DNA from: Tubulanus polymorphus
Taxonomy: Eukaryota; Animalia; Nemertea
Direction: 5' to 3'
Assembly: GCF_964204645.1 (NCBI RefSeq)
Contig: NC_134035.1
Location: 992,001 to 1,056,000 of the forward strand
Length of the DNA stretch: 64,000 nt
Shown: positions 11,587 through 23,769 of the stretch, piece after piece
How the letters are laid out: each line of letters begins with the position of its first letter
Position numbering within the stretch: the stretch's first letter is position 1
Made by a program: the position numbers and the translations under genes
The notes under the pieces: model-generated
The model's database searches: none
What the model saw: only the letters and a program-made list of their open reading frames with translations
What the model was told of the DNA's origin: nothing

Positions 11587-14448
11587 GCGCGCGTTTCGGC
11601 GGCCCGAATCGAGGAGAGAGGGACAGACGGACGGATGGATGGATGGAAACCGGGCGAATGATAATAATCGATACTTCCACTAATAACTACGAAGGACCAA
11701 ACACTGTACATAGCGCTCTCGTCCACCGCGAGGTGGCGCTGGTTGAAATTTTTATATCTCCGTACGTTGTGCCGAAAAAAAAACACATTTTTACATCACT
11801 GAAATATGCATTTGCGTCTGACGGCAATGACCGACCTTCGAGCTCCACGGGCGAAACAAACCGAATGTTTAGTTCTGTCCAAACTGTAAGACGGTGCTTC
11901 GTCCTCGATTAATTAGCTGACATATATATATATATATATATATATGTTCTCCAATGGGTGGCGTTGCTGATCGATATGTTTACGAACTCGCTTGCCAGAG
12001 ATTGAGCGCGTATTGTTCGACTATCAGTACCATATCATTAACACACGTCGAGACCACCGTCGAATCGTCGGTACTTCGAGACGACGCACGACTTAAGATG
12101 ACGATCCGGCTCCAGTTTCAGCATCTTATTAGGTTATATATGTGTATTGTATATGTAGGATTTTATAAATGATATATGTACAGTTGAACTGGTAATAATT
12201 CATCGCGCAACGACTTAAGCCAAAAACAAATATAGGGCCAAATGATTATAATAATGATAGGGTAATCTATGTTTAGTAATAGATAGTATTTTTCCACATT
12301 TTTCTGTGTGTGTATATGATAAGTTTCTAATGCTAAACTAACATATTCCCTTGTGACACCCCCCCCCCAAAAAAAACCTCCTGAAATCTGTCAGCTAGCG
12401 GATTTCTTTCATTTCATAACAGCTTATTGTGCGAAGACCAGCTGATGAGTTTACAACTAGAGTTATTTATAGATCGGTAAATTTGTGGGTGTATATAATA
12501 GGATATAAAAAGCGGATTTAGTTCAACGCCGATGTTAGCAGACGGAACTGAAATCCATTTACGCTCTTCTGTTGACCCGTTATATTATTGCCCGTAATAG
12601 AGATTTTTGATAGAAACAGGGCGATTAAATTTTTCTTTTCGGCTCCGCAAAAAAGAAATGCCATTTCTATCTGGAATTCATTCAAACTCGGGGTCATTCA
12701 TGCGTACAATTTCGAATGCATATTTGCTTAGAATACACTAGTTTATTGACTACTGTGATTTGTATATCAAATACTCATTTTTTTCTCAGTTTCTGCATCA
12801 AGAATGACGTCACGTATGACTATATCATCGAATTCATCAATGATGCAAGATTTTCAACTAATTTTTTTGTCTAAAACTACGATATTAGTTATTATCCCAG
12901 GGTATTATTATCATTATTATTTTTATTATTATTATTATTATTGATGCATATGAGAGGTTTTTGCAAAAGTTTATATACTACGTATAAGAAAAGAGTTTTC
13001 TTTTTCTGTAAAATTGGTGCTAGATTTTTAGTATAGTGAAAAACGGTGCGAAATTTATCGTTATGAATATCTGATTATTACATTATTATTATCATTATTA
13101 TTATTATTATTATAATTATTACAAAGAATTGATAACTAGACGAGAGTTATTCGTATATTGTCGTCGAAAAACAGATCCATTTCATTTTAAAATCAGGACG
13201 CAGCAAATGTACTGCTATATTTGACACGACCTCCAAGATGTACGCAATGAATTTAAATGACAAAAGTGTATATATACATGCATACATACAATAGGTACAC
13301 GGAATCATGACAAAATGAATCGAAATTCATGACATTAGTGAAATATAATCTTGGGTAGTCGCTTCAGCGCGCTAATTTGCTTTATACCATGCAGTACTTT
13401 GCTGAATACAAAAAAGAACATAATAGCTTTGTGTAAATGATCGATATAGATAACGATATTGCGTAGAATGTTTTCGGGTGCTAATACGGTCTTACGATGA
13501 ATCTTTAAAAACACCAAACTTTGCCATTCATCACAATGTACTGACTTGCAACATGTCGACATTGCGCGCGTGTGGCTTCCTTTATTGCAACAAAGCCATG
13601 GCAAATATTGAACTTATTCGGTGCATTCATAGATAGAAATGCTTCCAATTTTACGCCTGCAACATATTATCACTTAGTTACTGACATTTCTACCACATTA
13701 CGGCGGTCTCCGTATGGCATTTTTCATTTAGATGTGCTCAATGGGCACTGTGCCCCCCCCCCTACCTATTAAATTCATTTCACCTCGAATTGTTTTTTCG
13801 AATAAATCCATCTGAATCCTGTCGCTTTGTGAAAAACGAAAGTCATTTTGTTCGGTTGTTCGGCAATCGCCAATATTCATAAGTCATTGATGAAAACAAC
13901 AAAAACACGATGCCCGATGTTTCTTGATTAAATAGCCAACTGATTTTGATAGATATATGAATATATGTACATATATATATATATATAAATATATTTCCGG
14001 GGCAATATTTTCTACCGGCTTTCTACTAGGTGAACATTTTTTAGCGATACGAAAATGATAATAAGTCGAAATGAATGTGTAGATTAATACTGATAACTAT
14101 GAATGTTTTGCGCTCGTTTGTTAGCGTGTGTGCTTACATTCGCAGCTGACGATCAACTATATTTTGTCTTCGTAAGTTATTCAATGGCCGTGTGTCTAGG
14201 GTAAATGTACCGGACTCGTGGTTCGACTGATGTGAGTTGGATTTGACGTATTAGATTTGAAGTAGTTGAGGAAAATGAACTGATTCTGTTGGATCCACTT
14301 ACAACTTGGACCTGAGTCCTAAAATTTGGTTAATTATCGTAGGCGTAATTCATAATTGTGTGATTATATGTAAATATTATATATGAGTGTTAATATGTGT
14401 AGAATACATGGACCAGCGATTCACGCCCTGTTGCTAATGGGGTTAAAA

Positions 14449-14690
14449 CCCTTTCAGCGCTGACTAGTTAATATTAGAAAGTGCTGGAGATAATTTGAAA
14501 ATCTTTAGAATTCTACCCCAGTGTGTTGGGCGTACCGCTTAAATGCGTCTTCACCGCTGTGCGATGTATCATTAGCTACAAATAATCCACCATGTTAGAC
14601 AGGTGTTGCTATCTTTCAATGAAATAGGGATGAAAACTTAATAACGATAGATATCAATACACCGCACTGCGATGTAGGCACACTGAAATG
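14449..14690. mobile_element. Degenerate copy of the piggyBac-type MITE at 3947-4229
   Basis: CCCTTTCAGCGCTGACTA...AGTGCTGGAGATAATTTGAAA...ACACCGCACTG...CACTGAAATGTTAA is colinear with 3947-4229. Confidence 0.65.
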
Positions 14691-16919
14691 TTAATTTACT
14701 TTGAAATTACGGAACTTTCTAAAACTGGAATATTAGTGAAACTTCAAAGGTCTATATGCTGCCTACGATTTCTCAGAATGGACTTCATTTTTGCTTCATA
14801 CTATTAGATCATCCTGAATTGACAATTCCTGACTGGAAGCAACTTAATTTCGTTGTAGATATCTTTTTGTAATTGAACGTAATTACGATTATTATTATTA
14901 TTATTTTCATTATTGCTATGATTAATTAGCAACTTATTAGTTAACATTTGGGCAGCATTGTTTCATAGTTACTAGGACATTGATTATGTTAATTATCATC
15001 ATTATTATCTTGTAATTAAAGTTAATTTATTTGTGTAGCCCCCACAACGATATGATAATCCAAAATGACAATACCCTTCGAGGAAGAAACAAGTGCAGCT
15101 TATTTTAAACCTAAGATACGAGCGGTATTTAGCTAATTTACTGTCGCCAGAAAAACTCATCTTTTAATTCTTTATTATATATAACCATGACATTTAACGA
15201 TTCATTATCGGGCCGATCTCTTTTTTCTTTTCAAATAGCCCGTCATTATATATATATATATAAGACTCGTGCTCGTATAGACGAAATGACAAAATCCATT
15301 CATTTATTTGCTCAATTATTTCGCTCGTAACTAGCGCGCTCCGTATCGATAGCAAAGTGTTTATTATTCTTCTATATTTTTTCGGTTTTCGTTTTTTTTT
15401 TACGTTTTCTTTTGTACAGTGTACATATATACGTTTGTAGATATTTATATATATATATATATTTTTGTTGCTTCTTAAAAATGCCATTCTTCTCGATTTC
15501 TCGAAATACGTAAAAGCATATGTCATTATGCAATGGTGATCATTCTCTCGCGCGTAAACACTCTCGGTTGTAGATATCCGACTTTATTAATTGGAAGCTG
15601 GGATCTCACCTCGCAATGTATTTCTAAAGATTATACAAATTGAAGAAACTAATAGAAACTGGAGTCTTCTTGGGTAGTAATTTTCGAAGTAATTTTAGCT
15701 TACCCAATTAAAGGTTCCTGTTCTGAAATCTGTAGTGAGCATCCCAGCTTGCAAGTGGCGTTCCTATTTGCCAAATTTGCTTGTCACGCCCACCCGAGCT
15801 ACAGGGCCTGAACACTTGACTTGAATTTATAATCATGATTTTTTTAAGGATAGTAAAGACCGCGGTCCAATGTAAGCCAATCAGAAGAGTATGCATGTAC
15901 ACTGAAGAGTACATTGTATGTCTTTTTATTGTGATACCTGTGTTGATTCATGTCACCTCGACGCAGCGAACGCGAACACCATCTTTATCAATATTTTCAT
16001 CCACAACTCGTTTCTGAAATATCTAATAATTACAGCAAGGTGCGTGCTTATTCTAATCGGTACTAGCCCCTTTCAGTACTGGGCCATCTGCCTTACTGTT
16101 TACTGAGCAAAATTGCAGAAATTATTGACCCAGTGGCAGTTACTCAAAACTTGGTTAAGATCAATAGTGACACTTGAAATGGCATTTTTTACCATAGCAT
16201 TTTTCATCCAGTTGACTCCAACTGAAACTGAGCAACTGTTATCATGTAGTATGAGCATAAATGGTGGTACAACCCAGTGAAATATTTCTCAGAACCTGCC
16301 GAAGGTTAAGGCAGAAGACTTACCACAGTAGTTTGATGATAATGTTGGTAATGCAGACCGTGTTGGTTTCGTTGGCGTCGAGGTATTTTGAGTTTTCATA
16401 GTTGTTCGTTATTTGGTGACATGTTATCTGTTATTATTACACACCAAGTGTTTTCACATGTTGTATAGCTGTATAGTTTAATACATGTTCTCTCTATAAT
16501 GATATAGACCCACCTATGGACGAAAAGCGTACGAGCGTTGGCTCGAAACGTCTGCATTACTGTAACGATGAAAATATCTCGTATCGAATAATTGGGAATT
16601 GGTAAAATCTTGTTGAAAACCCAACAACCAATGTGATTCAAAACGCTTATTTTCATTATTTAGGGGACAAATTCGCGATTGCTCGCTGAGTCTACTTGGC
16701 ATTAGAAAGGAAGTTTAGTTACCAACTAGTAGGCATAGAAAGTAATTGTGAATTTGGTCCCAAATATTGACGAGGTTTTGAGATTACCAGTCATTTGAAT
16801 ATGTCGATTAGGTGAAGGGTTAATGCGCACATTGAGCCAATCACACAAAATAGGATGAAATCGCGAGAACCATTTTGTAAAAAGTCTACGTTTTAATAAT
16901 CCTCGATCATCGAGCCAGG

Positions 16920-17385
16920 TGATGCGTCGACGTACACATAAAGCGCCCCCTGCTGGAGTGAATTGATACTTTAAACACCATCCATGTTATATCTTTTACA
17001 GAATTTTACAGTAGACACTAATGATTATTAAAGATATTGTATTATAGTGTAAAATATGACTAAATTTAGCCGTAGTAGGGTAGAGAGAATAGAGAGAGGA
17101 GGCATTGACACAGTCGGCCATGTTAAAATGGCCGGTCGTTTGTGGTAAACACTAAATGAATATGTTGTTTTGTTGTTCATAAGTTTAGACATTGATAACT
17201 CTTAAAAATTTAAATTAATTATGAAGCATGTTGATTGATTATGAAATGTTAATTACTATTATTATTATGATTATTATTATTATTACTAGATTATTATATG
17301 ATTATTATTATTATTATAAATCACTATTGTTGTTGCCCTATTTTCAGTGTAGGGGGCGCTTTTTGTGTACGCTAACGTCCTTGGG
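16920..17385. mobile_element. Old inverted-repeat element carrying CTCF-like motifs
   Basis: GTACACATAAAGCGCCCCCT (16932-16951) versus AGGGGGCGCTTTTTGTGTAC (17351-17370) in inverted orientation, with an AT-rich interior. Confidence 0.45.
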
Positions 17386-19404
17386 CCGATGAAGATTTCT
17401 GTGTCAAATTCATTCCCGCAGTCTCAGTGCTTTTAAGAATCTTCAGTTTCTTATATCAACCACATGTTAAGGGTGCATAGCAGAACTTTCTTCTCAAGAA
17501 TTGGGTGCTCTTTAAGTGCTGCAAAATTCTGAATATTTTTCAAATTTAAACAGTTCTGATTAGCTAGCAAATAGTGCCAAAAATATCCCAAAGGGTGTAT
17601 CGTATAATGCTTCACATGAAATAACGATTTGCACTTAAATGTGGTTAGGAAATGAATATGTTTTCTCGCCATAATTCAAATATAGCAGCGTTTTATAGAA
17701 TTGTCTCGTACCAGCAGCAAATAATGAATATCACAGGACAATCATGTGTGCATAGATATATGTATCGTTCTTTTTGCTGAAATATTGAGGTTATGATTGA
17801 GTCTATTGTTTCTTATCTCTCTAAAAGTCACCTGTCACTCATAGATTTGGTCGAACAGGGTCCAAGATATCGATCACATTCTGAGCCAGATTAATCGCAG
17901 GTTTCAATTCGAATCAATTTGAGTAACTTAATAAAGAAACTGCATCTTTTCGCTTTTGGTCTGGGGGCCGGTTGCATTGTCGTAAGACCAGTCTAAGACC
18001 AACTAAGTAGTTCTATAGCTGATCAAAGAACTTAAGATTCAAGACCACTTATGGACAACTGTGCAATCGGCCTCCAAATATCAAAGCTCGTTAATTGTCT
18101 CTTCTTCGTTTGATAGATAATTTGATAACATAATTAATCACATGATACATATATATATATATATCATGTAATATAAATGTCTGCTTTATGTTTATGATGT
18201 GTTGAATAGGTGATGATGATAAGAATGATGATGATGATGATGATGTAGCATTAATAATTATTAGTCTTCCCGAGATGTAGAAAAAAATATGCTGTGAAAA
18301 TAATTGAATAATCGAATATTTAATAATGACTTTGTAACATGAACGCCGCTAGGTCTATTTATTAATGGTAAAACAATGGTGAATGTTAGCGAGGGCCGAG
18401 TGTCAACTCGACCCAATTTTTCGGGTATTTCGCGTGTCCGAAATGCTCCGGTCTCGGTCGTAGATTATCGGTTCCGAGTTTCGCTCTCGAATTTCCAAAC
18501 CGAAAAACTGCCAAACCGTGGCTCGCGTATCGTTTACTAAAAAGAAAAAAATCTGAATACCACAAGAGAATTATTGTACATACTATTATCTATAGTACTC
18601 ACGCAGTGTAGTGGTCATACTAGTAGTGAGTGTGCGTGCTAGCGTGTGCGTGCGTGTGCGCTTGTATTAAATATGGGAGATCGACGGTGTTCTGCGCGTT
18701 CGAGCACACGCTTTTGAATATTAATTTTAGAAAAATGGTAATTTTCCATTCAGCGGCAGCAGAAAAAAACAACGCGTGTAAACGGACGGACTAGCGAATT
18801 ACTGTCCTCGGTCTCCAGATAAAAATAAGTTATACAAATATATATACCTATATATATACTATTATTATTAAGATTAATATTATATGTAAATCCGATTTCT
18901 AGAGTCGGAATTTTTTGTATACGAGTAACTTCATTCCTAGCAAACTGTAGAAATAAATAAGTAATTAAATATTAATACTATAACGATAATAAATTAATAA
19001 TGAATAAATAAATGAATAATGTCGACACACAAAAAAAAATTACTCGAAATAAAATAAAAAAGAAGTTTTTATGGAAAATTTGTCAAACACAATTCTGTTG
19101 TTGATGATTGTTTCTGGTTATAGGACTCGGAGAGGGGAGTGAGTATGAGGAAGTTTTATGGTCTTAATTTTTTGGAAGATGAACACATGCCGCAATTCTG
19201 AGAACCCCAGTCCTGGTAGCCGCTGGTCATGGCTTGATGGGTTCCCAAAAAATGTCCACCAGATGCAAGGGGCACTTGTGATACTACAAGTCCATCAAAT
19301 ATTTTTGAGTGCCTTTTTTCATGTTGCAACATAGATGGTGCATGCCAGGAGAGAATCCCATAATGATAATAAAAAGTCCGAAAAAGAAACTTCGAGATAG
19401 TAGT

Positions 19405-19450
19405 TTATTTCAACGTTTCGACTATATCCTAATAGTCATCTTCAGGAATA
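19405..19450 (-). ncRNA. Minimal type I hammerhead ribozyme in the Penelope pLTR
   Basis: Minus strand TATTC-CTGAAGA-t-GACTAT-taggat-ATAGTC-GAAAC-GTT-GAAAT; such HHRs are an established feature of PLE pLTRs. Confidence 0.75.
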
Positions 19451-19709
19451 ATGAGATACTACAGAAATTATGAGATATATATACAATCCAGAGACAAAGA
19501 GACTAATTCAAGTAATCAGAGATGATACAAACTAAAGGAAAATTAACATAGAAACAGTTACACGCTAAAATAGATTAAAGGGAAGCAAACTAAGGGGTGA
19601 TTATAAACAACAATGGTGAGTATAAATATAAATGAAACTTAAAGTCAGTAGTGAAAAGAAAGAAAGACAAACTAGGGGGCACTTAAATTAAAACAAAGGT
19701 GAATACAAG

Positions 19710-20327
19710 TTAAGTCAGAGACGAAATTGATGAGAGAACAAATAACAAATAATCAAAGGGGAAATCAAGTGTTGAGTTAACCAGTTTACAGAGGAATTTT
19801 GATATAAGTTTATTATGGGGTGAAAAACCATTGTTAAGGTTTACAACGTTGTTCGAATTTTCAATAATTAATGCAGATTCCAAAATATGTCTTCTAGTTT
19901 TATCGCTGCAAGGGTAAATTAATTCAGCATTAGCAAAATCAAAATTGTGTGAAGTCTGATAAACATGACTAGCAACTCCGCTTTCAGGTTTAAAGTTTTT
20001 TACATCTAATTTATGCTCTTTTATGCGTTGATTAAGATTCCGACCTGTTTCTCCTATATATACTTTGTCGCAAACTTTACAAGGTATTTTATAAATTCCA
20101 CAGTTTAGGGATTCGGTTTTCGGTTTGTTATTAATCAATATGTTACTAAGTTTATTATTGTATTTAAAGATAAGTTGTTTATTTAGTGACCGAAGAGAAA
20201 CTTTAGAATTCTCGAGGAAAGGTACATACGGTACAATGATAGGCTGTTTATCGGTAGCCAACGTAGGAGTTCTAAGGTTGTTATTTCTAAAATGCGTAGT
20301 ACGAGCTTTAAGTAGAGCTTTTTTCAA
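19710..20327 (-). CDS. C-terminal part of Penelope-like RT-endonuclease: linker plus GIY-YIG domain (truncated)
   Basis: PIIVPYVP...CGIYKIPCKVCDKVYIGETGRNLNQRIKEHK...H...HNFDF...ILESALI...NLNNG is the PLE GIY-YIG pattern; RT motifs are absent. Confidence 0.9.
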   Translation of the reverse strand: MKKALLKARTTHFRNNNLRTPTLATDKQPIIVPYVPFLENSKVSLRSLNKQLIFKYNNKLSNILINNKPKTESLNCGIYKIPCKVCDKVYIGETGRNLNQRIKEHKLDVKNFKPESGVASHVYQTSHNFDFANAELIYPCSDKTRRHILESALIIENSNNVVNLNNGFSPHNKLISKFLCKLVNSTLDFPFDYLLFVLSSISSLT

Positions 20328-20872
20328 TAGGAAGTTAGAAATAGAAATAGAAACGAAGTTTCTTTTTCGGACTTTTTATTATCATTGTGGGATTCTCTCC
20401 TCATCGCGGCAACACGGATATAGTGTTCTACCAATCGTGTGCATGCCAGACACCTAATGTTGCCTTTGTGGACATCAAAGTGCCCTTTTGGGATGTGACA
20501 AGTCCTTCAAAATTGCCATCCCTGTTTCATTTTAGTGGTATAAGATGTTATTATACAGGATATTGACACATTCAAGTTCTGAATTTTATCGATTGATGGC
20601 GCTATAGTCAGAATCGGAAATAAGAACCTAAATCCGCCATGTTTTAGTTCATTTGCAGTAAAAAATCACTCGCTTCAAGGTTTTAGCGAGCGTTATTTTG
20701 CTTACAGTGCGTCATCACACGTAATCCTTTCAGTACGACATCCTCACAATCGGTCGGATGCGATAAAACCTCACTTCAAAGGTTAGAAATCACTATAAAT
20801 GTCTTAAATTTACCGAAAAAAGCAAATTCAGCGACAACACTGACTAGCGCATGACGTCACAGCATCGTCCGC

Positions 20873-21345
20873 TCAAAGATGATTTTTTTTCTCGTATCTC
20901 CACCTGAAAATCGCCGTCGATTCCGGCGGCATCGTGATCTCGTCTCTACTACGTATCGTGTCTCCAACTTCGAAATCAAAATCGCCAATCGTCAAGAACG
21001 CCACTTCTATCTTATCGCTATGGATGAGCTCGGATTTTGCCATTTGGCGCAGATCGAGTTTTCCGGCCACGCGACCGAAATTCGAAACTACGAGAAACCT
21101 GAATGAAAACCGAACACGAGAACAGGGCTTAATTCGTACATTATTCTAGCGATCAACACGGTGAGAATATTATTCTGATTTTGTATCTACCCCGGATGGC
21201 CGTCCGCCTGGCGAACGAAGGACATGATCTCTTCGTTCGACGAGCCGAACGTGATTCTACCAGCGTGTATGCTGGGCTCCTTCTCGCGTAACGCCGACAG
21301 ATTCCGGAACTGCCACAACGATGACTGTCTCACTCCGTCCTGAAC
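20873..21345 (-). CDS. 3' exons of an SLC3A (rBAT/4F2hc)/GH13 alpha-glucosidase-like gene; upstream part not found
   Basis: Exons 21345-21191 and 21098-20873 (GT-AG, phase 2) give VQDGVRQSSLWQFRNLSALREKEPSIHAGRITFGSSNEEIMSFVRQADGHPGFLVVSNFG...EITMPPESTAIFRWRYEKKNHL*, resembling the SLC3/GH13 C-terminal beta domain. A possible further exon at 21492-21417 (GFST...). Confidence 0.7.
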
Positions 21346-21851
21346 CTTTGAAAAACGAGGTAAGGAAATAATTTAATTCGATATAGGTTTAAGTATATAT
21401 TATCAGTGTCTACTACAGCCTTGAACGAGCTTTGATCGTCCACGCTTCGTGGTTCGTATCGTAAATGAACTGTATGCGCCGTACTAAAACCACTGACATA
21501 GAAAATGATACGTTGGATCATAAACCACACCAGCAATAAACATCGGCGGTTTATAGAAAGTCGAACAGCCCCTCAAACCCCCGAAATTATTACGTTTGGG
21601 CAGAGAAGTGTAATGACATCTCATTACACTTCCCCGGTTTGGGGCGATCTCCTAATCGGTCGGGTTACGTTTGTAAAGTGCAATAACATTTGAAATCAGT
21701 TCATTCCTACAACTGCCGGTTCTGTTTTAGTTAGCTTGATCATGATCTAGAATATAGTGACGTGCAGGGAATATTATATACAGGCGACCGAGTCGATTTA
21801 AAGCTCAACTGAAATGAGATACAAGGCCAGCAGGTAAACGATATAAACGAT

Positions 21852-22457
21852 AAACGAGAATCTGTTAATCCAGTGTGACTGAAAACTGCTGAAAACTTTT
21901 GCTTAAGCCTTTACTATGTCAGAGTAATTGTGCTGTTTTGCTTCACTTTTCACCCATCCTGCCTCAACCTCTCACCCCATCCTGCCTCAACCTCTCACCC
22001 CATCCTCCCCAACCTCTCACCCCATCCTCCCCAACCTCTCACCCCATCCTCCCTCAACCTCTCACCCCATCCTCCCTCAACCTCACCCCAACCTCTCACC
22101 TCATCCTCCCTCAACCTCATCACCCCATTGTCCCCAACCTCTCATCCCACCCCCAACCTCTCACCCCATCCTCCCTCAACCTCACCCCAACCTCTCACTT
22201 CATCCTCCCTCAACCTCACCCCAACCTCTCACTTCATCCTCCCTCAACCTCTTACCCATCCTCCCCCAACCTCTCACCCCATCCTCCCCAACCTCATCAC
22301 CCCATCCTCCCCCAACCTCTCATCCCATCCTCCCTCAACCTCTCAGTCAGTCTCCCTGTTAATGTGATTTCAATTTTAGTATTTCAGGTTTTCCTCTGTC
22401 GGGCTGTGGTGTAAACTTCATCATGAATACTGGACGTGGTGGACTTCAACTGAAATT
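21852..22457 (+). repeat. Inverted, truncated copy of the satellite-containing block B
   Basis: AAACGAGAATCTGTTAATCCAGTG...(CCCCATCCTCCCTCAACCTCTCA)n...GGACTTCAACTGAAATT is the reverse complement of 38586-39253 and its paralogs. Confidence 0.9.
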
Positions 22458-22459
22458 TT

Positions 22460-22627
22460 CTGCTGGATCCATGGTCATTAACAGATTGCTGCATATACTA
22501 ATTTCTTATTTCTTGTATTGGTTGGAAACTTGGGTTTTAATGGCTATTTAAAAACACGTTAGCACTCAGTGCACGTTAGTGTATAGCTTATGATTGAATT
22601 TCAACATTTCACCCTTGAGCAAACGCC
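22460..22627. repeat. Left arm of the ~167-bp inverted repeat flanking the astacin gene
   Basis: Near-exact reverse complement of 32532-32698 (only a few differences). Confidence 0.92.
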
Positions 22628-23004
22628 CAGGTCTACCAACCTTGCTCCCAAAAAATCAAATACATTTATAGTTAATGAATGATCAATTATCTTCCAATAT
22701 CACTATAATCAACGGCCAAAACCATTCGTTGGTTGTTAAACGAGAGCTGGGTTTTGCTGATCATATGCATGCGGCCCTTATCAGCCACGAGCAACTCAGA
22801 TAAATTTTTTATAACATTATTCATTGTTTCAATATGAAAACACGTCATATCCGGTGTGAATTTCAAATAGATAATCGAAAAATCGGTGGAACAGGAAATT
22901 GCGTTTCCTGGGGATAAATCCTTTTCACGCTTGAACAATACCCCGATTTGTAAAAGATTTTACCTTTAATCGGTGTATAATCCTGGTTGATGCTATCTGT
23001 GGCA

Positions 23005-23010
23005 TATAAA
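23005..23010 (+). promoter_or_regulatory. Candidate TATA box of the astacin gene
   Basis: TATAAA ~45 bp upstream of the signal-peptide ATG at 23053. Confidence 0.45.
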
Positions 23011-23769
23011 CGGTATCGACACCAGCGATGTTGGTAGATCTGCTGAACCATCATGACTTTCATCACGTTGATATTTATTTGGACGTTTGCGGTAAGTTCA
23101 TCACCTAGAATCGGTTATTTCAAATATGCCGACTTCTCGCGATCTTTTCTATGTCATCGCGACTTATGAAGTTTGAAGTCGTCTGGAGGCACCGAGTCGG
23201 CGGATATCAGTTGAAATCTGCCCGTTTCACTTCCGACAGGCTCTGCCGGGTTCGTAAGGGAAACCAAATCAAAACGAATCATTTTCTGGAAAAAAAAGAA
23301 ACAAATCTGCCTTGAAAATGAATAGAATCTATTTAGGAAATCTGAGGAGGTTGTTTTTTTCGGGTTTCCAACGCTTTGCCGAGTGAATCAGATAATATAG
23401 TCAATATCCGTGATAAGATTCGATGATTTATATACATATACTGTGTATTTATTTGCAAGTCATTTTAAATTGAAGAAGGGTGGCAGCAACCACCCAAAAT
23501 ATTTCTAATTTTTAAATAAGCTTTGTTGAGTGTTTATGTGTAGCAAAGGGAGTGACAGTTTTCTTTGATTTCAGGGCACGGTATTCGGCACCCAACCGAT
23601 AGGACCCGGACCGAATCAACCAATGCTACCAAACTTTATAGAACCCCCTGAACCTCCCAGCATCGACCAGATCATCATTGAGGCAGGTGGTGGCAAGGAA
23701 GGTCGGTGTCTAAGTTTTATTAATCCCCTCCTTAACGTTAGGACCTTCAACAGTTTTTCTCTGTCCTTC

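Larger units (their letters stand above)
11587..19070 (+). other. Putative long SoxD 3' UTR
   Basis: No credible coding exon; AT-rich with (TAT)n/(TA)n runs and a cluster of AATAAA at ~18953-19059. The extent is inferred, not shown. Confidence 0.35.
19349..20438 (-). mobile_element. 5'-truncated Penelope-like retroelement (GIY-YIG endonuclease end plus pLTR)
   Basis: GIY-YIG ORF; inverted pLTR fragments at 19348-19394 and 20354-20400; 11-bp direct repeat GTGCATGCCAG at 19338-19348 and 20439-20449; hammerhead motif. Confidence 0.9.

Noticed and set aside
21605-21631. AAGTGTAATGA/TCATTACACTT hairpin as a Helitron 3' end
   Set aside because: No CTRR terminus at the expected distance and no matching 5' end.
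21899-22414. Pro/His/Ser-rich extensin-like ORFs (also at 38513-39187, 44084-45083, 60095-60805)
   Set aside because: All three frames are open because the C-rich satellite strand lacks stops; unit lengths are not multiples of 3.
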